From the NCBI GenBank assembly GCA_964016885.1, contig OZ024745.1, positions 105,958,001-106,022,000 on the forward strand: DNA of 64,000 bases. Reading direction: 5' to 3'. Numbering within the stretch: the stretch's first letter is position 1; each line of letters starts with the position of its first letter. Made by a program: the position numbers and the translations under genes. Below, piece after piece: positions 18,464-31,500 of the stretch. The DNA comes from Eledone cirrhosa (lineage: Eukaryota). Below the pieces are notes generated by a model. It was not told where the DNA came from. It saw only the letters and a list, made by a program, of their open reading frames with translations, and did no database searches.

Positions 18464-18505
<42 letters not shown>

Positions 18506-19020
18506 TATATATAAATATATAATATTTATATATATAAATATTATATATGCATGTATGCAAAGATACATGCATATAAAAATATATATATTCATACATACAT
18601 GCATACATACATGCATCATATGTATGTCAGATGTGATGTTTCTGATACGAAATGAGATTTTCTCAATGAAACAATTAAACCATATTCTTCAAGAACTGTA
18701 GTGGGTAGCTTTACTCAAACGATGAAAACACCACCACCAAAACCATCAACACCACCAACAATGCCCCCCCCCCCCACCCAGCAGCAACAACAGCGAAAGA
18801 CAATGATACAAACATACCAAGACAAGAACAACAAAAATGCATCAAAGACAATGTAAAGGAAAATTAATTTATACAGTTATTTATTTTGTATTTGTGTCTA
18901 TGTGTATCTGCATGAGTGAGTATGAGAATATTTGTGTATGAAAGTGTCTCTTTTTTGTTTTAGTTGCTTCTGGTTTGTATATACATAATTATTCCAATTA
19001 TGTTTTAGACTATCGTTGTT

Positions 19021-19097
19021 ATTTTCTGATATTTTCTGATATTTTCTGATATTTTCTGATATTTTCTGATATTTTCTGATATTTTCTGATATTTTCA
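19021..19097. repeat. 10-bp minisatellite (attttctgat) x ~7.7
   Basis: Directly visible perfect tandem. Confidence 0.95.
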
Positions 19098-19215
19098 TTC
19101 TTTACGTTTTGTATTTTTCTTTACTCTAAATTATATATTTTATCAGAAAGCTATATTTTACATACATTCATATATCAACACACACACACATATTCATATG
19201 TATGTATGTTTGTGG

Positions 19216-19252
<37 letters not shown>

Positions 19253-19273
19253 TATATATATATGCACACACAT

Positions 19274-19336
<63 letters not shown>

Positions 19337-19369
19337 TAGATATATGCATAAGTACATGTGTGTGTGTGT

Positions 19370-19420
<51 letters not shown>

Positions 19421-20344
19421 GATATTTGTATGTGTGAATGTTTGTATGATAATAAGGATGAAGACGAGAAAATGAGTTTATTAGCAATGTTGGTAAAAGC
19501 AGTATGTATTGTAATGTTATTTTGCTGCGATGATTTGATAAATGAAACTTCTCGTTAGGGAAAAGATGCTCAAGATAAACATTAATACATAAAGCACTAT
19601 CTTGAATAAGTTCATGTAATTCTGTTTATCCTCATATTTACAATATCTATTTTTCAAATCTCGTCACAGTTATAGAAATTATGAAGAGTGCTTTAATTTT
19701 TTAAATGATATATAACTTTATGAAATTAAAATCAAATTAAATAAAACAAATTTCTCATTCCTGTATCTGATAATATATATATATAACCAATATCGATAAT
19801 ACATTAAATATTTACTATAATACCATAATACGCTGATAATATTTTCCTAGTGAAAACATATATATTACTTTGTTTTGTGAAACATTTATTTCATGAAGAA
19901 AACATAAATTATAATCATTATTTCACTGTAAAATGTCTTGAATATTTCTAACAGTGGCCAAATTATATTAACAAGATCATCCATCATATACCCGATTTAC
20001 TTAACTATTAGTTAAGTACTATTATGATCATTTGCGTTCGGGTACACAGATCTCAAATTTTATAGATTTCCAAAGCTCTTTAATACACCCGCTGTATTTG
20101 CACATTATATTTACCCCATCTTCAGCTGTTTAACGCTCCATTCAAAACACAGTCACACTCACAGACATATAAAAATACACACACACATATACTCACACAG
20201 ATTATACTGATAATACCAGCAGACAGGAGACCCAGGTATAGAACCTGAGCAAGTTAAACCTGTTTTGATAAAATCCATGATTTCCCCTGTCCTCGCTTGC
20301 AGATAAAGCTGCATCAATTGGAGATAGTTGCTTTGAATGAGACC

Positions 20345-20720
20345 CTGCGTCCGGAGCGAAAACCACACTGTTCATCATCTAGCTTGGACTCGACAATCTC
20401 CCTACGTCGCTATTCCAGACACTTAGCATAGACTTTACCGGGGAATCTTAACAAGGAGAACATTCTTTAATTGAACAACCGATAGCCATTGCTTACGTAC
20501 TTTTCCAGATATCCAGGTCACCCAATATACACGAATCAACCAGAAAATACCTTTCCTATTTAAAGCCTTTAACATCTCGAACTAAATTTCATCTTTTCCA
20601 GCGGCCTCACCATATTTTAACTCTTTAACTGCTCTTGTGATCTCAGCCCCTGTGACATATGTTGAATAGCTGCAATGAAAATCAGGGTTGCAAAAACTGA
20701 GACACTTGTCCTCCCAACGA
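20345..20720 (-). pseudogene. Decayed RTE-clade LINE ORF2 fragment (pre-RT and RT start)
   Basis: Manual translation gives AEITRAVKELKYGEAAGKDEI*FEMLKAL...WLIRV...W.SGKV...W and PGKVYAKCLE*R.REIVESKLDDEQCGFRSGR, with stops and a deletion. Confidence 0.85.
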
Positions 20721-20968
20721 TGCCTGCACAGTGGGATCATCCTCAATTTCTGAACGTTCTCGTTCTGTAGATTTATAGAATGATGGAATTATATCGTTCA
20801 GTTGTTCACCTATATTCCTTTCATGTATCAATTGTCTCTTTGGTAGAACTTATCAAATCTAAATTCCGTAAGCATAGGAACTAATTCTCGTGATCGAACC
20901 TCATTGTCTCTAAATATAAGCCTGTTCTCGATCAGGCTATTGCTTGCAACACTTTGTTAATCATCGTA

Positions 20969-21007
<39 letters not shown>

Positions 21008-21008
<1 letters not shown>

Positions 21009-21160
21009 CATCATCATCATCATCATCATCATCGTTTAACGTCTATCTTCCACGCTAGCATGGGTTTAGACGGAAGTTTCCTACTTGAGACAAGATTGGT
21101 CGGGTGACCCTGTCTCGCTCGTATAGGACTGTCTGGCAGGTTTTCTACGGCTGGATGGGG
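21008..21160 (-). mobile_element. Short retroposon 3' end with a (GAT)n tail; related copies at ~53958-54150 (minus) and ~60270-60343 (plus)
   Basis: Shared ccatgctagcatggaa...gacgttaaacgatgatgatg terminus. Confidence 0.65.
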
Positions 21161-21450
21161 TGGAGTGTCTACACGTCTCAATATAATTCATCTACACATC
21201 CTAATCATTCAATATCCTAACCAATTATCATACTAAAAATGCTGGTTGTTTTCTAATTTCACTTTGCCTTGCATTTTACTGACTCTTTAAGCTTCTTTAT
21301 GAAAATAACTTTTTTGTATTTTATATCATTAAAAATATTGCAATTAATATTTTCTCGTTTTTAACCATTTTTTATTTTCATCAAAAGTTTCTCACTTTCA
21401 TCTGTTTCAATTTTAATAATTTTCTTCCTTTTTCTATCTTTTTCTATTAG

Positions 21451-22450
21451 ACAAATGATGAGGAATGTACGGACAATGATTGTGAGCAATTCCAGCCTGC
21501 AGTAATTAAAACTGAATCTCTAAACAATGGACAGGTTACCACACCAAAAACCAGGTATCAACTGTTCACTGAGTCCAGGAAATCCCCTCCCCTTCAGTGG
21601 CGCCCGACACTCCAAAGAGCCGAAACAATAGACTCTACTACAAAAGGCTCATTTTCTGAGCTTCAATCACAGAAACGGAATTACGTGGAAAATTATCCGT
21701 GGCACCAGAATGGTTCGAGTCGAATGCGGTCTAATAGCATTTCAGCTGGGAGAATCAGGTATTCCGATCACAAACCTCACAGATCCCTTCCAGAGCAAAG
21801 CTTGTGTAGTCGTGTCAGTCCCCCTGTGCAGACCAAAAATGTAGCAACGAGTACCTCCCCGCCTCCTTATGACCCAAATGGTCCAATATCAGAATTGGAT
21901 ACTACACTAAGGAACTTTTCTTTTAACTCACCATTCTTTCATCCTCAGAGCCCACCAGTAAGTCCCTTGCCTAATTCTTCCCGATACCATATCCACTCTA
22001 AAGGAACGCAATGGACCCCATTACAGGTGTCTGCTATGACGAGGACCAGCCCAATACACATGCAGCAGAAGTGTCACAGGTCTCCCAGAAGTCCTGTGGC
22101 TGCTTCTCTGATGAGATCTCAGTCAGTCGCAATTCCAAGGAGTCCTTCGCCACAGTCTTTATTTAGAGTTTCATCTCAAGACTCCCAAAATAAACAAAGC
22201 CAACAGCAGCCACATGTTCACCACCACCACCATCACCATCACCATCACCATTATCAACAACACTTTCTCCAACAACCACAACAGCAACAGCAGCCACAAC
22301 CTCACCAGCACCAAAAACCACTGCCACAAACACAATACCAACATCACCAACAGCATTACCAACAACCACAGCAGCAAATTCAACAACTTCAACAACACTA
22401 TCAACTTCCACAACATCAACAACAACAACAGCAACAACAACAACATCAGC

Positions 22451-22487
<37 letters not shown>

Positions 22488-23102
22488 GCAACAACAGTCA
22501 CAACAAAAACAGCAACAACAACAACAACCACAACTACAACAACTTCCACATAAAATTAGAACTATACAGCAAGAAAACAGTCCTGTCTTTACTTTTCAAC
22601 AAAATACAGTTATTTCATCACCAAATTCCTCTTCCAGGCACCAATGGAATCAAGTGTCCCTTGTGCGATCTCAGACAATTTCAACATCAAGAAGTCCACT
22701 GAATTTGCCAGCCTGGAACCTCGTTCCTGAATACGCACGTCCAAAACCCTTTCCACCAACTCGGATAGGTACGCAACGCATTCTGTCAACAAACCAACCT
22801 CTGCCTAACAGCGGCCCTCAAAGTATATGTCCAGAAAGCTGTAAAGTTCCGGTTGTTCGACACTCTCTGTCAGTACAGAGTACTCCGCTGAACGCTACAC
22901 GCCTAATTCATACTGCATCTACGCCATGTGCTACTGCTTTCTCAGATAACGCCATGAACTTTGCTGGCAACCAAAAGTGGCGCATCAAACATATATCCTA
23001 TCCTTCTCCTGATTATAGTATGCTGCACAAGAAAAATTTGGAAACTGGATCATTAGTCGACCCAGCCGACAATGTCAGTGATGTCAGTGATGACGTTAAC
23101 AG
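21451..23102 (+). CDS. Large internal coding exon (about 550 codons; Ser/Pro-rich with polyH/polyQ tract), probable N-terminal extension of the MARCHF2/3-like E3 ligase
   Basis: Polypyrimidine tract and TAG acceptor end at 21450. The frame is open from 21451 (TNDEECTDNDCEQF...) into ORF 21685..23106. The donor AG|GTAAGG at 23102/23103 is phase 2, matching the phase-2 acceptor of the RING exon (AG+T = Ser). Confidence 0.8.
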
Positions 23103-23157
23103 GTAAGGTATATCTTATTTCCATTATTTATATTTATATAAAGGACCAGTAATATTA

Positions 23158-23552
23158 AAGTACCAGTAATGCATTGGGTAATTGCTTGCCTTGTGCCAAA
23201 AGTAAAAACAATTATTTATATTTATATAAGGGCGGTGGATTGGCAGTATCGGTAGAGGGTCGGGCGTCATGCTTTGACGCATAGAGTTACGGCCCTTGGA
23301 TTCTAAGTTCAAACCCTGCCGAGGTTAACTTTGCCTTTCATCCTTACGGGGTTGATAAAATAAAGTACCAGTAAATCACTGAGTAATTGCTGGCCTTGTG
23401 CCAAAAGTAGAAACAATTAGTTATATTTATATTTATATTTACGGGGTCAATAAAATAAAGTACCAGTAATGCACTGGGATCATTGCTGGATAAAATAAAG
23501 TACCAGTAATGCACTGGGATAATTGCTGGACTTGTACCAAAAGTAGAACTTA
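23158..23552 (+). mobile_element. SINE cluster just after the large exon (full copy 23231-23419 plus 3' fragments)
   Basis: Repeated taccagtaatgcactgg...ttgctggccttgtgccaaaagtagaaac blocks. Confidence 0.85.
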
Positions 23553-26500
23553 TTATTCTTATTTATACATTTATTCAGTAGGGTTTCGTTACAAACATTA
23601 ACTAACAGGGGAAATTGACGCAAGCATTAATACGTTGAATGATATACCTTGCGGTATTTGTCCAAAATCCTTGCGTTTCAAGTTCAGACCCGTCGTGACG
23701 TACTTTGGTGGTAGTCTTAATCCATCACCTAGCTTAAGACGGTTTGTTGCCATTAGAGATTCCACACTCTTGTAGGCATTTAAGACAGATCTATTTGATA
23801 ATGTTCTCTTCTCGCCCATTCCGTAGTTTCGGAGGTCTTAGAAAATGTCATGCTATTTCTTAAACTTTAAGAAAAAAAAAATATTAAAAGAATTTGAATA
23901 ACGTAAACATTAGTCTCCCACTTCTACTCTTCTCTTCGTCATTTTCATAAATGTCATTTTCGTCGATGTAATCATGTAATTAACCTCATGATGTTGACGA
24001 TTATAATGATGATCACCATCATTATCACCACTACAATTTTCATTGTCGTAAAGCTTGTTTCCTCCTACGGCAATGGGTTTAACCGGTCTGCAATAAAACA
24101 GGTCATAATTCGACACTATCACTTTACCACTCCCTCTATGAAGACCCGCAACTAGGTAACTAGCCTCACATTTCATTTATAATGCTGTGGTTTATGTCAT
24201 GCAACACACTCAACACCTCAGGAAAACACCATAGAACTGTAGCTAACAAACTACATGGAAGGTAGTTAGACCTATGTAATGAACTAAACTGACAATTCTA
24301 TCACTTGCAGTTTCCTGAATAAAGTACCACATGGATCTGTCCTATAAACCATTTATTTCAACCTGTATATGCATTGAATTTTCGTACCTCCTGTAATATG
24401 TACGCGCGGGGGCCTTATTTGCCTTAAAAATGTGAGGAGAACAAACCAACATTTCTTGATTCTTAAAGGAGCACGTTAGTCTTGTTTATGGTACCTTTCC
24501 AGGACCATATCACATCAGCAACATTTTACGCTAATTAAATTTTATATATTCAAAGGAAGTTCGGATATAAAGAAATAAGATTAAAAAGAATTTATTATAT
24601 CAAATAAACAAAAAAATAAAACATAGACGTTTGAAAAAGTGTGTGTGTGTGTGTAGGGGGGGGGGATTGTCCCTTGGTAACCCCTCCCCCCGAAACAAGG
24701 CCCCTGTGTACACGTCCTCATAGGCGTGACATTACAATCATATACCCCTATTATTCGGCAGAAACAGTTACACATGTATTCCAGATTTGCTCTACTCACC
24801 TAGAAACATGGACCCCCAAACAATAAATTAGACCCATCATACTCCATATCAGTTCCATCTGCGCCTCCACTCTCTCTGTAAAAGGCCACAATAATGTAGC
24901 ATGCAACATCATCACATGACGATGATGATGACAACGACAATAACGATGTATGTTATGATGTCTATGACTATATTGATGAGGATGTTTACGATAGTGATGA
25001 TAACAAGGCTAGTAAGAGGGAGGAGGTGAAAAACAATGATAGAATTGTTTATGAAGATGGTGAACGGTGATTACGAAGAGGGCGATGTCACAGTGTCACA
25101 GAAGGAAGATGAGGAAGAAAGTGGGGAAGTAGAAGGAATCTGTTTACATTCACATTTCTATTAATTGAAATTATATTGAGATGACAGAGGAAATATAGAT
25201 AGAAAATAAATGAAAGAGAGTAAGCGAGAGGTGGAGTGAGAAAGAGAAAGAATGATATTGTGGTTACAATTGAAGATATGATTATAATTTTTTCATACAT
25301 TGTTGCTATTCACTGCTTGAATCGGAGAATTGCAGAGATTTTACAACTAAAAAAGATCTGTGTTGCTAATGCCTTCAGCTGTGTTTGCCTTAGGCACAAA
25401 ATTTCATATTACTTGTTCTAATTGAAAGTTGACATTTCTCTCAGTATTCACTACATTGAATTATAAACAACATGCACACCTCTTATAAGATGCAAGCTAT
25501 AATATTCTATCTTAAACGGACAAAACAAAACGCAAGCATATGTTTATTTAATATTGTTTTTATTTCATTTAATTTATCTTCTTTACGTCCCAAAACCTTT
25601 TAGCTAGACTTTTAGCTAGACTTTTATTTTTATGTAATTCAGCGTTGTAATGATGAAATAAATGACGTATGTAAAATGTTCTATGCCGGTTTAAATTTAT
25701 TATCTAAACTATAATAAAGGGAGGAGTGCGGGACAGTGTCCAGAATATATTTTTTTTATCCCGTTTGTAAAATAAGTTGGATTACTTTGAATAAATAATG
25801 AATGAATATTACATAATTTATTTACTAAATTTCGTTATTCTTGGTTAAATATAAATAATTTTGTCGCTTATTTTCAGATTCACTTCTTTAAAATTTTCAA
25901 ATATCAACACTTCCGGTTAGCAATCGTTTTAATAAATAGTCATATATTTCTGTCACTAATTTTCTCCTAATGCAGTTTATATATAATATCGTCTATTTTT
26001 AATGTATCATGGATTACTTTACTGATTACATAAGAGAGTGTAACCCAGTCTTCGTTCAATTTCTGTGTATATTGTCAATTACGATTTTATTTGATGTATC
26101 ATATCTACATGTATATATACTTTCATATAATATCAATATATACACTACACATGCTAGCAGAAAACCACGCGAAGGGTGGTTTACCTGCTAGTTTATTTAA
26201 TAGAGAGAGTACTTTCCATGACACTTTTCAGAGTTTCATACACTGATAGGAGAGTGTGGAAAAGGTTTTTTTTTTCATATCGGAGACGTGACGCGTATGT
26301 TTTTAACAGTGTGGGCTCTGCCGAAGGCACACAAAGGTTATCTAATATTGTTAAATCGTGCAAGAGTCATGGCATTTACTAATGCTTCAACAGATTAAGT
26401 CTACTTACTGCTTACATATATATTTGTGATGAAGATGTAGCTACAAAGATGCTATTTCCCATAAGTAGCCACTTTAAATAAAAAAAAAGTGAAATCTGGT

Positions 26501-26860
26501 ATTAACGAGGACCGATGAAGATGATGGTTGCGCAAACGATTATGAAAGAAAAGTATATATAGGTTATTTTTAAAGTTTATATTAAATCTGGTTGAAAATA
26601 GCTTCGTTTTTACACATTTCCAACGATTGTATCACAAATTTGTCGCATTTTAAATGATGAAAATGATGAGTATGTTTGTGCAAATCAGAATTGAGCAAAT
26701 ACCAAAGAATATTCTTATAAAGAAAATATTTTCAATTTTTGTTCACAACTTTTATCAATCGATGAAAGATTGAAACGAACACACACACACACACACACAC
26801 ACATACACACACACACACACGCACATATATTATGTATATATATATATATATATATATATA

Positions 26861-27047
26861 GGAACGAGTAGGACCCCGACGGCCGAGCTCGAGCCGTTTC
26901 AACGGCTAATCTCCAGAATTAGCCGTCGAAACGGCTTGAGCTCGGCCGTCGGCGTCCTACTCGTTCCTATTACCCACTCTACTACCCTAAGTATTGAGTA
27001 ATTTGGTGCGTTATGGTCCACCTGGTTCCTTACCACATTTCCTTCGT

Positions 27048-27080
<33 letters not shown>

Positions 27081-27215
27081 TCCAGAATTAGCCGTCAAAA
27101 CGGCTTGAGCTCAGCCGTCGGGGTCCTACTCGTTCCTATTACCCACTCTACTACCCTAAGTATTGAGTACTTTGGTGCGTTATGGTCCACCTGGTTCCTT
27201 ACCACATTTCCTTCG

Positions 27216-27218
<3 letters not shown>
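26861..27218. mobile_element. Family B: palindromic copy (26861-27050) plus a direct 5'-truncated copy (~27079-27218)
   Basis: Near-identical to 63363-63503. Only the 3' half of the hammerhead is present (GAAA, helix III, GUC). Both copies end at ccttcgttat followed by (TA)n. Confidence 0.85.
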
Positions 27219-27252
<34 letters not shown>

Positions 27253-27658
27253 AGAGAAGTGACACACGAGTTGATGTATATATAATAGTAAAAAAAGAAA
27301 AAAAAAACAGTAGAAAATGCTATTACATACTATATGTTTACATACATATATATATAGAGAAAAGTTCACATTTTTGTTTATCGTTTTCTCTCTTTCTCTC
27401 TTGGTGTTGGCAATAACAATAATAGTGAGAGAAGCAGAGAAGAATCAGTTCGTTATTAAACCATGTAAACCGAGTTATATTTTTCCATATTCTTATTAAT
27501 ATACAATTTAATTTCATTATACACTTCCGTCGCATGAAGAAGCCCATAGGCTGCAACCGGTACGAAAATACGGAAATTTTCTTTTTTGTAAATAAATGTC
27601 TTGCTGTTATTTTATGAGAAAATCTCTCTAGCATTTTCTGCTGTTTATATATACATAC

Positions 27659-27693
<35 letters not shown>

Positions 27694-27760
27694 TGTAGGT
27701 GAAATTTTTTTGTAGTACAATAAATCTTGTTTTATTGTAGTACAATTTGATCTTATATAT

Positions 27761-27836
<76 letters not shown>

Positions 27837-27902
27837 TATATATAGGCAAAATTATTAATGAAAGAGTTACAAGCCGTTAAAACATCTTTTACTGTAACTT
27901 TT

Positions 27903-27952
<50 letters not shown>

Positions 27953-28185
27953 GATAGATAGAAGATGAATTAAAGATTAATTATAGGTGGTTCCACTAAG
28001 AAATCTCCCCCATACGAAACCATGGTAGAGAGATCTATATATAACCGAGGTCAGATAGAATACTTTTTTTCTATCTTGCTTGTACACCCATAATTAGAGT
28101 TTTCTCTCACTTAATTTTAATATATATATATATAATAATGAAATGACAGGAGGCTGGATTTGTGTAAATCCTTGAAAGGTTTATT

Positions 28186-28243
28186 ATACTATGATCATTT
28201 CAATGACCGGGTTCCGTATGAATACGGTGATATCATCAGGTAT
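28186..28243 (-). ncRNA. Type I hammerhead with AUA cleavage triplet in a (TA)n-flanked ~220-bp insert (~28134-28351)
   Basis: Reverse complement reads atac-CTGATGA-t atcaccg...cggtcat t-GAAA-tgatca-TA-gtat. Helix III is the palindrome atgatcat. Confidence 0.75.
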
Positions 28244-28434
28244 TCGAAATATAATAAGTGAATGTAATAGATAAAATCGATGGGGGTTGAAAATCAAGGG
28301 CCCGAGGGCGACCGCCATCCAGCATCTTCTACATTTGCCGGTCGCGCTTTTCATATATATATATATATGAAAAGATTCAGGACACCGACGGCTGAGCTCC
28401 GGCCGTTTCGACAGCTTGATCAGAAATCTGTCTC

Positions 28435-28519
<85 letters not shown>

Positions 28520-31500
28520 TGTCGTTCAGTGAGATCGAACCCTCAATCACGAGGTTGCGATGCCACAAAGCCATACAATTTCGTTTTCCACCGAGTCATA
28601 AAGCAATTATTGCATGTTGTAACAGTAGTTTCTTCAAATGTCATTGCAACCTGATATTCTACAACAGAAAATGTGATTTGTTGCTGATTGCTAGAGAGTT
28701 ATTTGTCAAGGTGATCAGTCACTTTTGTGTCTGCTATCTGCTATCTACAAACTGTACACACCCCAAATAGCGTTCATCAGTACTTTGTAATTTTCTCTCT
28801 CTCTCTCTCAATCACTCAGTCACTAGAATTATTGGAATATTTATTATCAGTTATATTATGTTCAATTACCTGTGAATATTAATAAATACATAAATAAGTA
28901 ATTAACGGTAATAACGATAAAACTGATTAATTAAGGCTGAGCAAGGGCTAAACAACAATAGCGAGACCAAAGTTAAGGTCACACTAAAGATACATTAATA
29001 TGGCAAATCTTTGCAGTTGCAACTTCATTGGGGGTAACATGTTGGTCGTAGTAAATCGGTAGATGGGTTTGTATATCTGTGAAGTTAATGTCATCATATG
29101 TTCTTCACAACTAGAAATAGCAGGCAAATATCCCTCAAGATACATCATACAATCACGAACAACGAAGCATATCAGTCCTGGATACACTATACCTGTTCAG
29201 AGACGGCATATCTTTGATCTAAAATCTCCATTATTAGATCAAACGAGCTACTAAAAGCAAAATCAACAATACTAAAAGAGTATGACTGTGGTGGTAGTAG
29301 TAGTGGAAGTATTGCTTTAGTTTCTATTGATCTTCATGACGAGCAATAATTTATTCAACCAGGTGAATTATTAATAGAGAAGTACGTGTACATTTAAATA
29401 AGCGTGACACATAAAAATAAGGCGGCACTTTTGAATTACAGGTACAATCTACAGAAGGTATGAGAGAAAGAGAGAGGATTTGATGACAAAGTGACAAAGA
29501 AAGAGAATAAAGAAGAATTGAGCCCAGTACTGGACTGGTAATTATTTATTATACGTGAAAAGGTGAAAAAAACAGCTAACCCCAACAAGATTTCAACTCA
29601 AGGTGCAGGCAAAAGGAACGAACACAACAAAACGTTCTGCCAATTTGTGTCCTTGGGTGGTATGAGTTCTGAAAAGATGTTTTCATATTTTTCTGTTAGT
29701 CCTCAATGATTAGATTTTTAATGAATGTTATATGAATCGTGATTATCCTGTCTGTTTTATTTTCAGGACTAGCTTACTCGTGACTGCCTTATACAGCGCG
29801 TCATATGTAATGATATCAGGAAGTGCTACGAAGGAAGATTTCGCTGATATTCCTTGTATGTTGAGTGACTAGGTAGAGGCTGCTCCAAAATTGGTATCAT
29901 AGAATAGTATAATATTGATGAAGAAAAATATAAATTACATATGTTTCAGCAGAAAAAAATTTAACAGCTATGAATTTGCAGTGATATACTCATTACACTG
30001 AGCATTTGATTTCACAACGCAAAGAACCACGAAGAAAGACTGCAACGTATATCATAGAACGCTTTAAACATTTCACCCTTCCACTAGCTGGACGAGAAAT
30101 CTATTTATCAACCCTGTAACGAGGAAATGTAAATTTGATCTCGGTGGTTATTGCAATCAGAACGCAAGTAACCGAAAATAAATGCCGCAAAGTATTTCGT
30201 TTATCGCTCTAACGCTTATTTCAATTTGCCACCTGAAAAATAAAATAGTTGAACGGGGTGGTCACGACTGAAAAGCCATTTATCATCGGTCTCCTTCACC
30301 AGAACTGATTGAGAGCACAAGAACAACAGCATTATTATTTTGTCAGTTACTTTATAAACGTTCGCAGGTATTTGTGTTTGACACTGAGAGATCTGGCAGA
30401 GCGAGAGAATGGCTTAATTGTCCAAAGCAGGAAATAACGAACGTGAGCTCATGAATTTTGTTTTACTGAAGGAAGCTTGCTCTGAAATGAGATTATCTCA
30501 TCAAAATGTATCGGTTAAATCCTTTTTGAAGTGTTACAACACATGATCTCTTGTTTGAGCTGAGGTTTATTATCTGATTCTAATCGTATTACCACAAATG
30601 ATTTAAGTTGGCTTCTCCAGTTGTATGGATAATGATTCTGCTGGTTGTAACGATGATGATGATTGTGATAAGAGATGTAGTAATAGTAGCGTTGGTAGTA
30701 GAAGTGATAGAGTGGAAGGGAATATAATGGCTATGATAGTAGTTCTAATAGTAAGAGTGGTACAGTGTGAGGGTGGGAGTGGTTTGTTGATGGTTATGAT
30801 TGTGACGGTAACGATGGACGTAATTGTATTTGGATAGTGCTAGGTAATATAAAGACTGTATTAATGGTGATGCTTTTTGTTGTTGTGGTTACTGTTATTT
30901 TTGTTGTTGTGGTTACTGTTATTTTTCTTGTTGTTGGTTGTTGGGTGGTACTGGCTATGATGATGATATTGATGTTGATGATGACGATAGTGATGAAGAT
31001 GACGATGGTGATGATGATGATGACAACGTGATGCTGCAACTGCTGATGGTGATGATGGTCATATAGACGGTATCAAAAATGGAATTCGTATAAGAAGCAA
31101 CTCTTGTATTAATTTAGCCTGTTGGCAGATTTCATTCAGCATGGTTGCAGGCTTATAGAATCCAGCATTTGCGTTGGCTAGGAGTTTTACTTGTTCTGTG
31201 AATAACGAAATGGAAGAAAACACTCGTTTCTTGCTTTTTTTTTTGCTTCTTTCTACATCACTTCACTTCCTTTCTTTCTGCCTGCGTTCTTTCCTGAAAA
31301 ATGTTATACTCTATAACTTCTCCATTCTCGTCACTCTCATTCTCAATCTCTCTGGAATGTTATCCCTTTCTATCTCACCCTTAAAATAACAACTTTCCTT
31401 CAATACTGCACGCTCCATCTGATCATCCATTTATCTACTTATTCATACATTTACTTACTGCAACCTATTTCGTATGACGCTTTATATATTTGTAGCATGT

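Larger units (their letters stand above)
13183..18469. mobile_element. 310-bp tandem array with one type I hammerhead per unit (retrozyme-like): about 2.2 minus units, then about 14.8 plus units, flanked by (TA)n
   Basis: The motif tggatatgta recurs at 13921+310k for k=0..14. Inverted units occupy 13183-13876. Each unit contains gtagtc-CTGATGA-attct aaca agaat-GAAA-cgcg-TA-gattac. Confidence 0.93.

Noticed and set aside
13183-18469. CRISPR array or plain satellite reading of the 310-bp array
   Set aside because: Units are fully repeated with no unique spacers and no cas genes, and the context is eukaryotic. Each unit holds a complete hammerhead, which a plain satellite call would not explain.
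22163-22702. Alternative-frame and antisense polyV, polyL and polyN ORFs
   Set aside because: Shadows of the CAA/CAG-rich polyQ exon.
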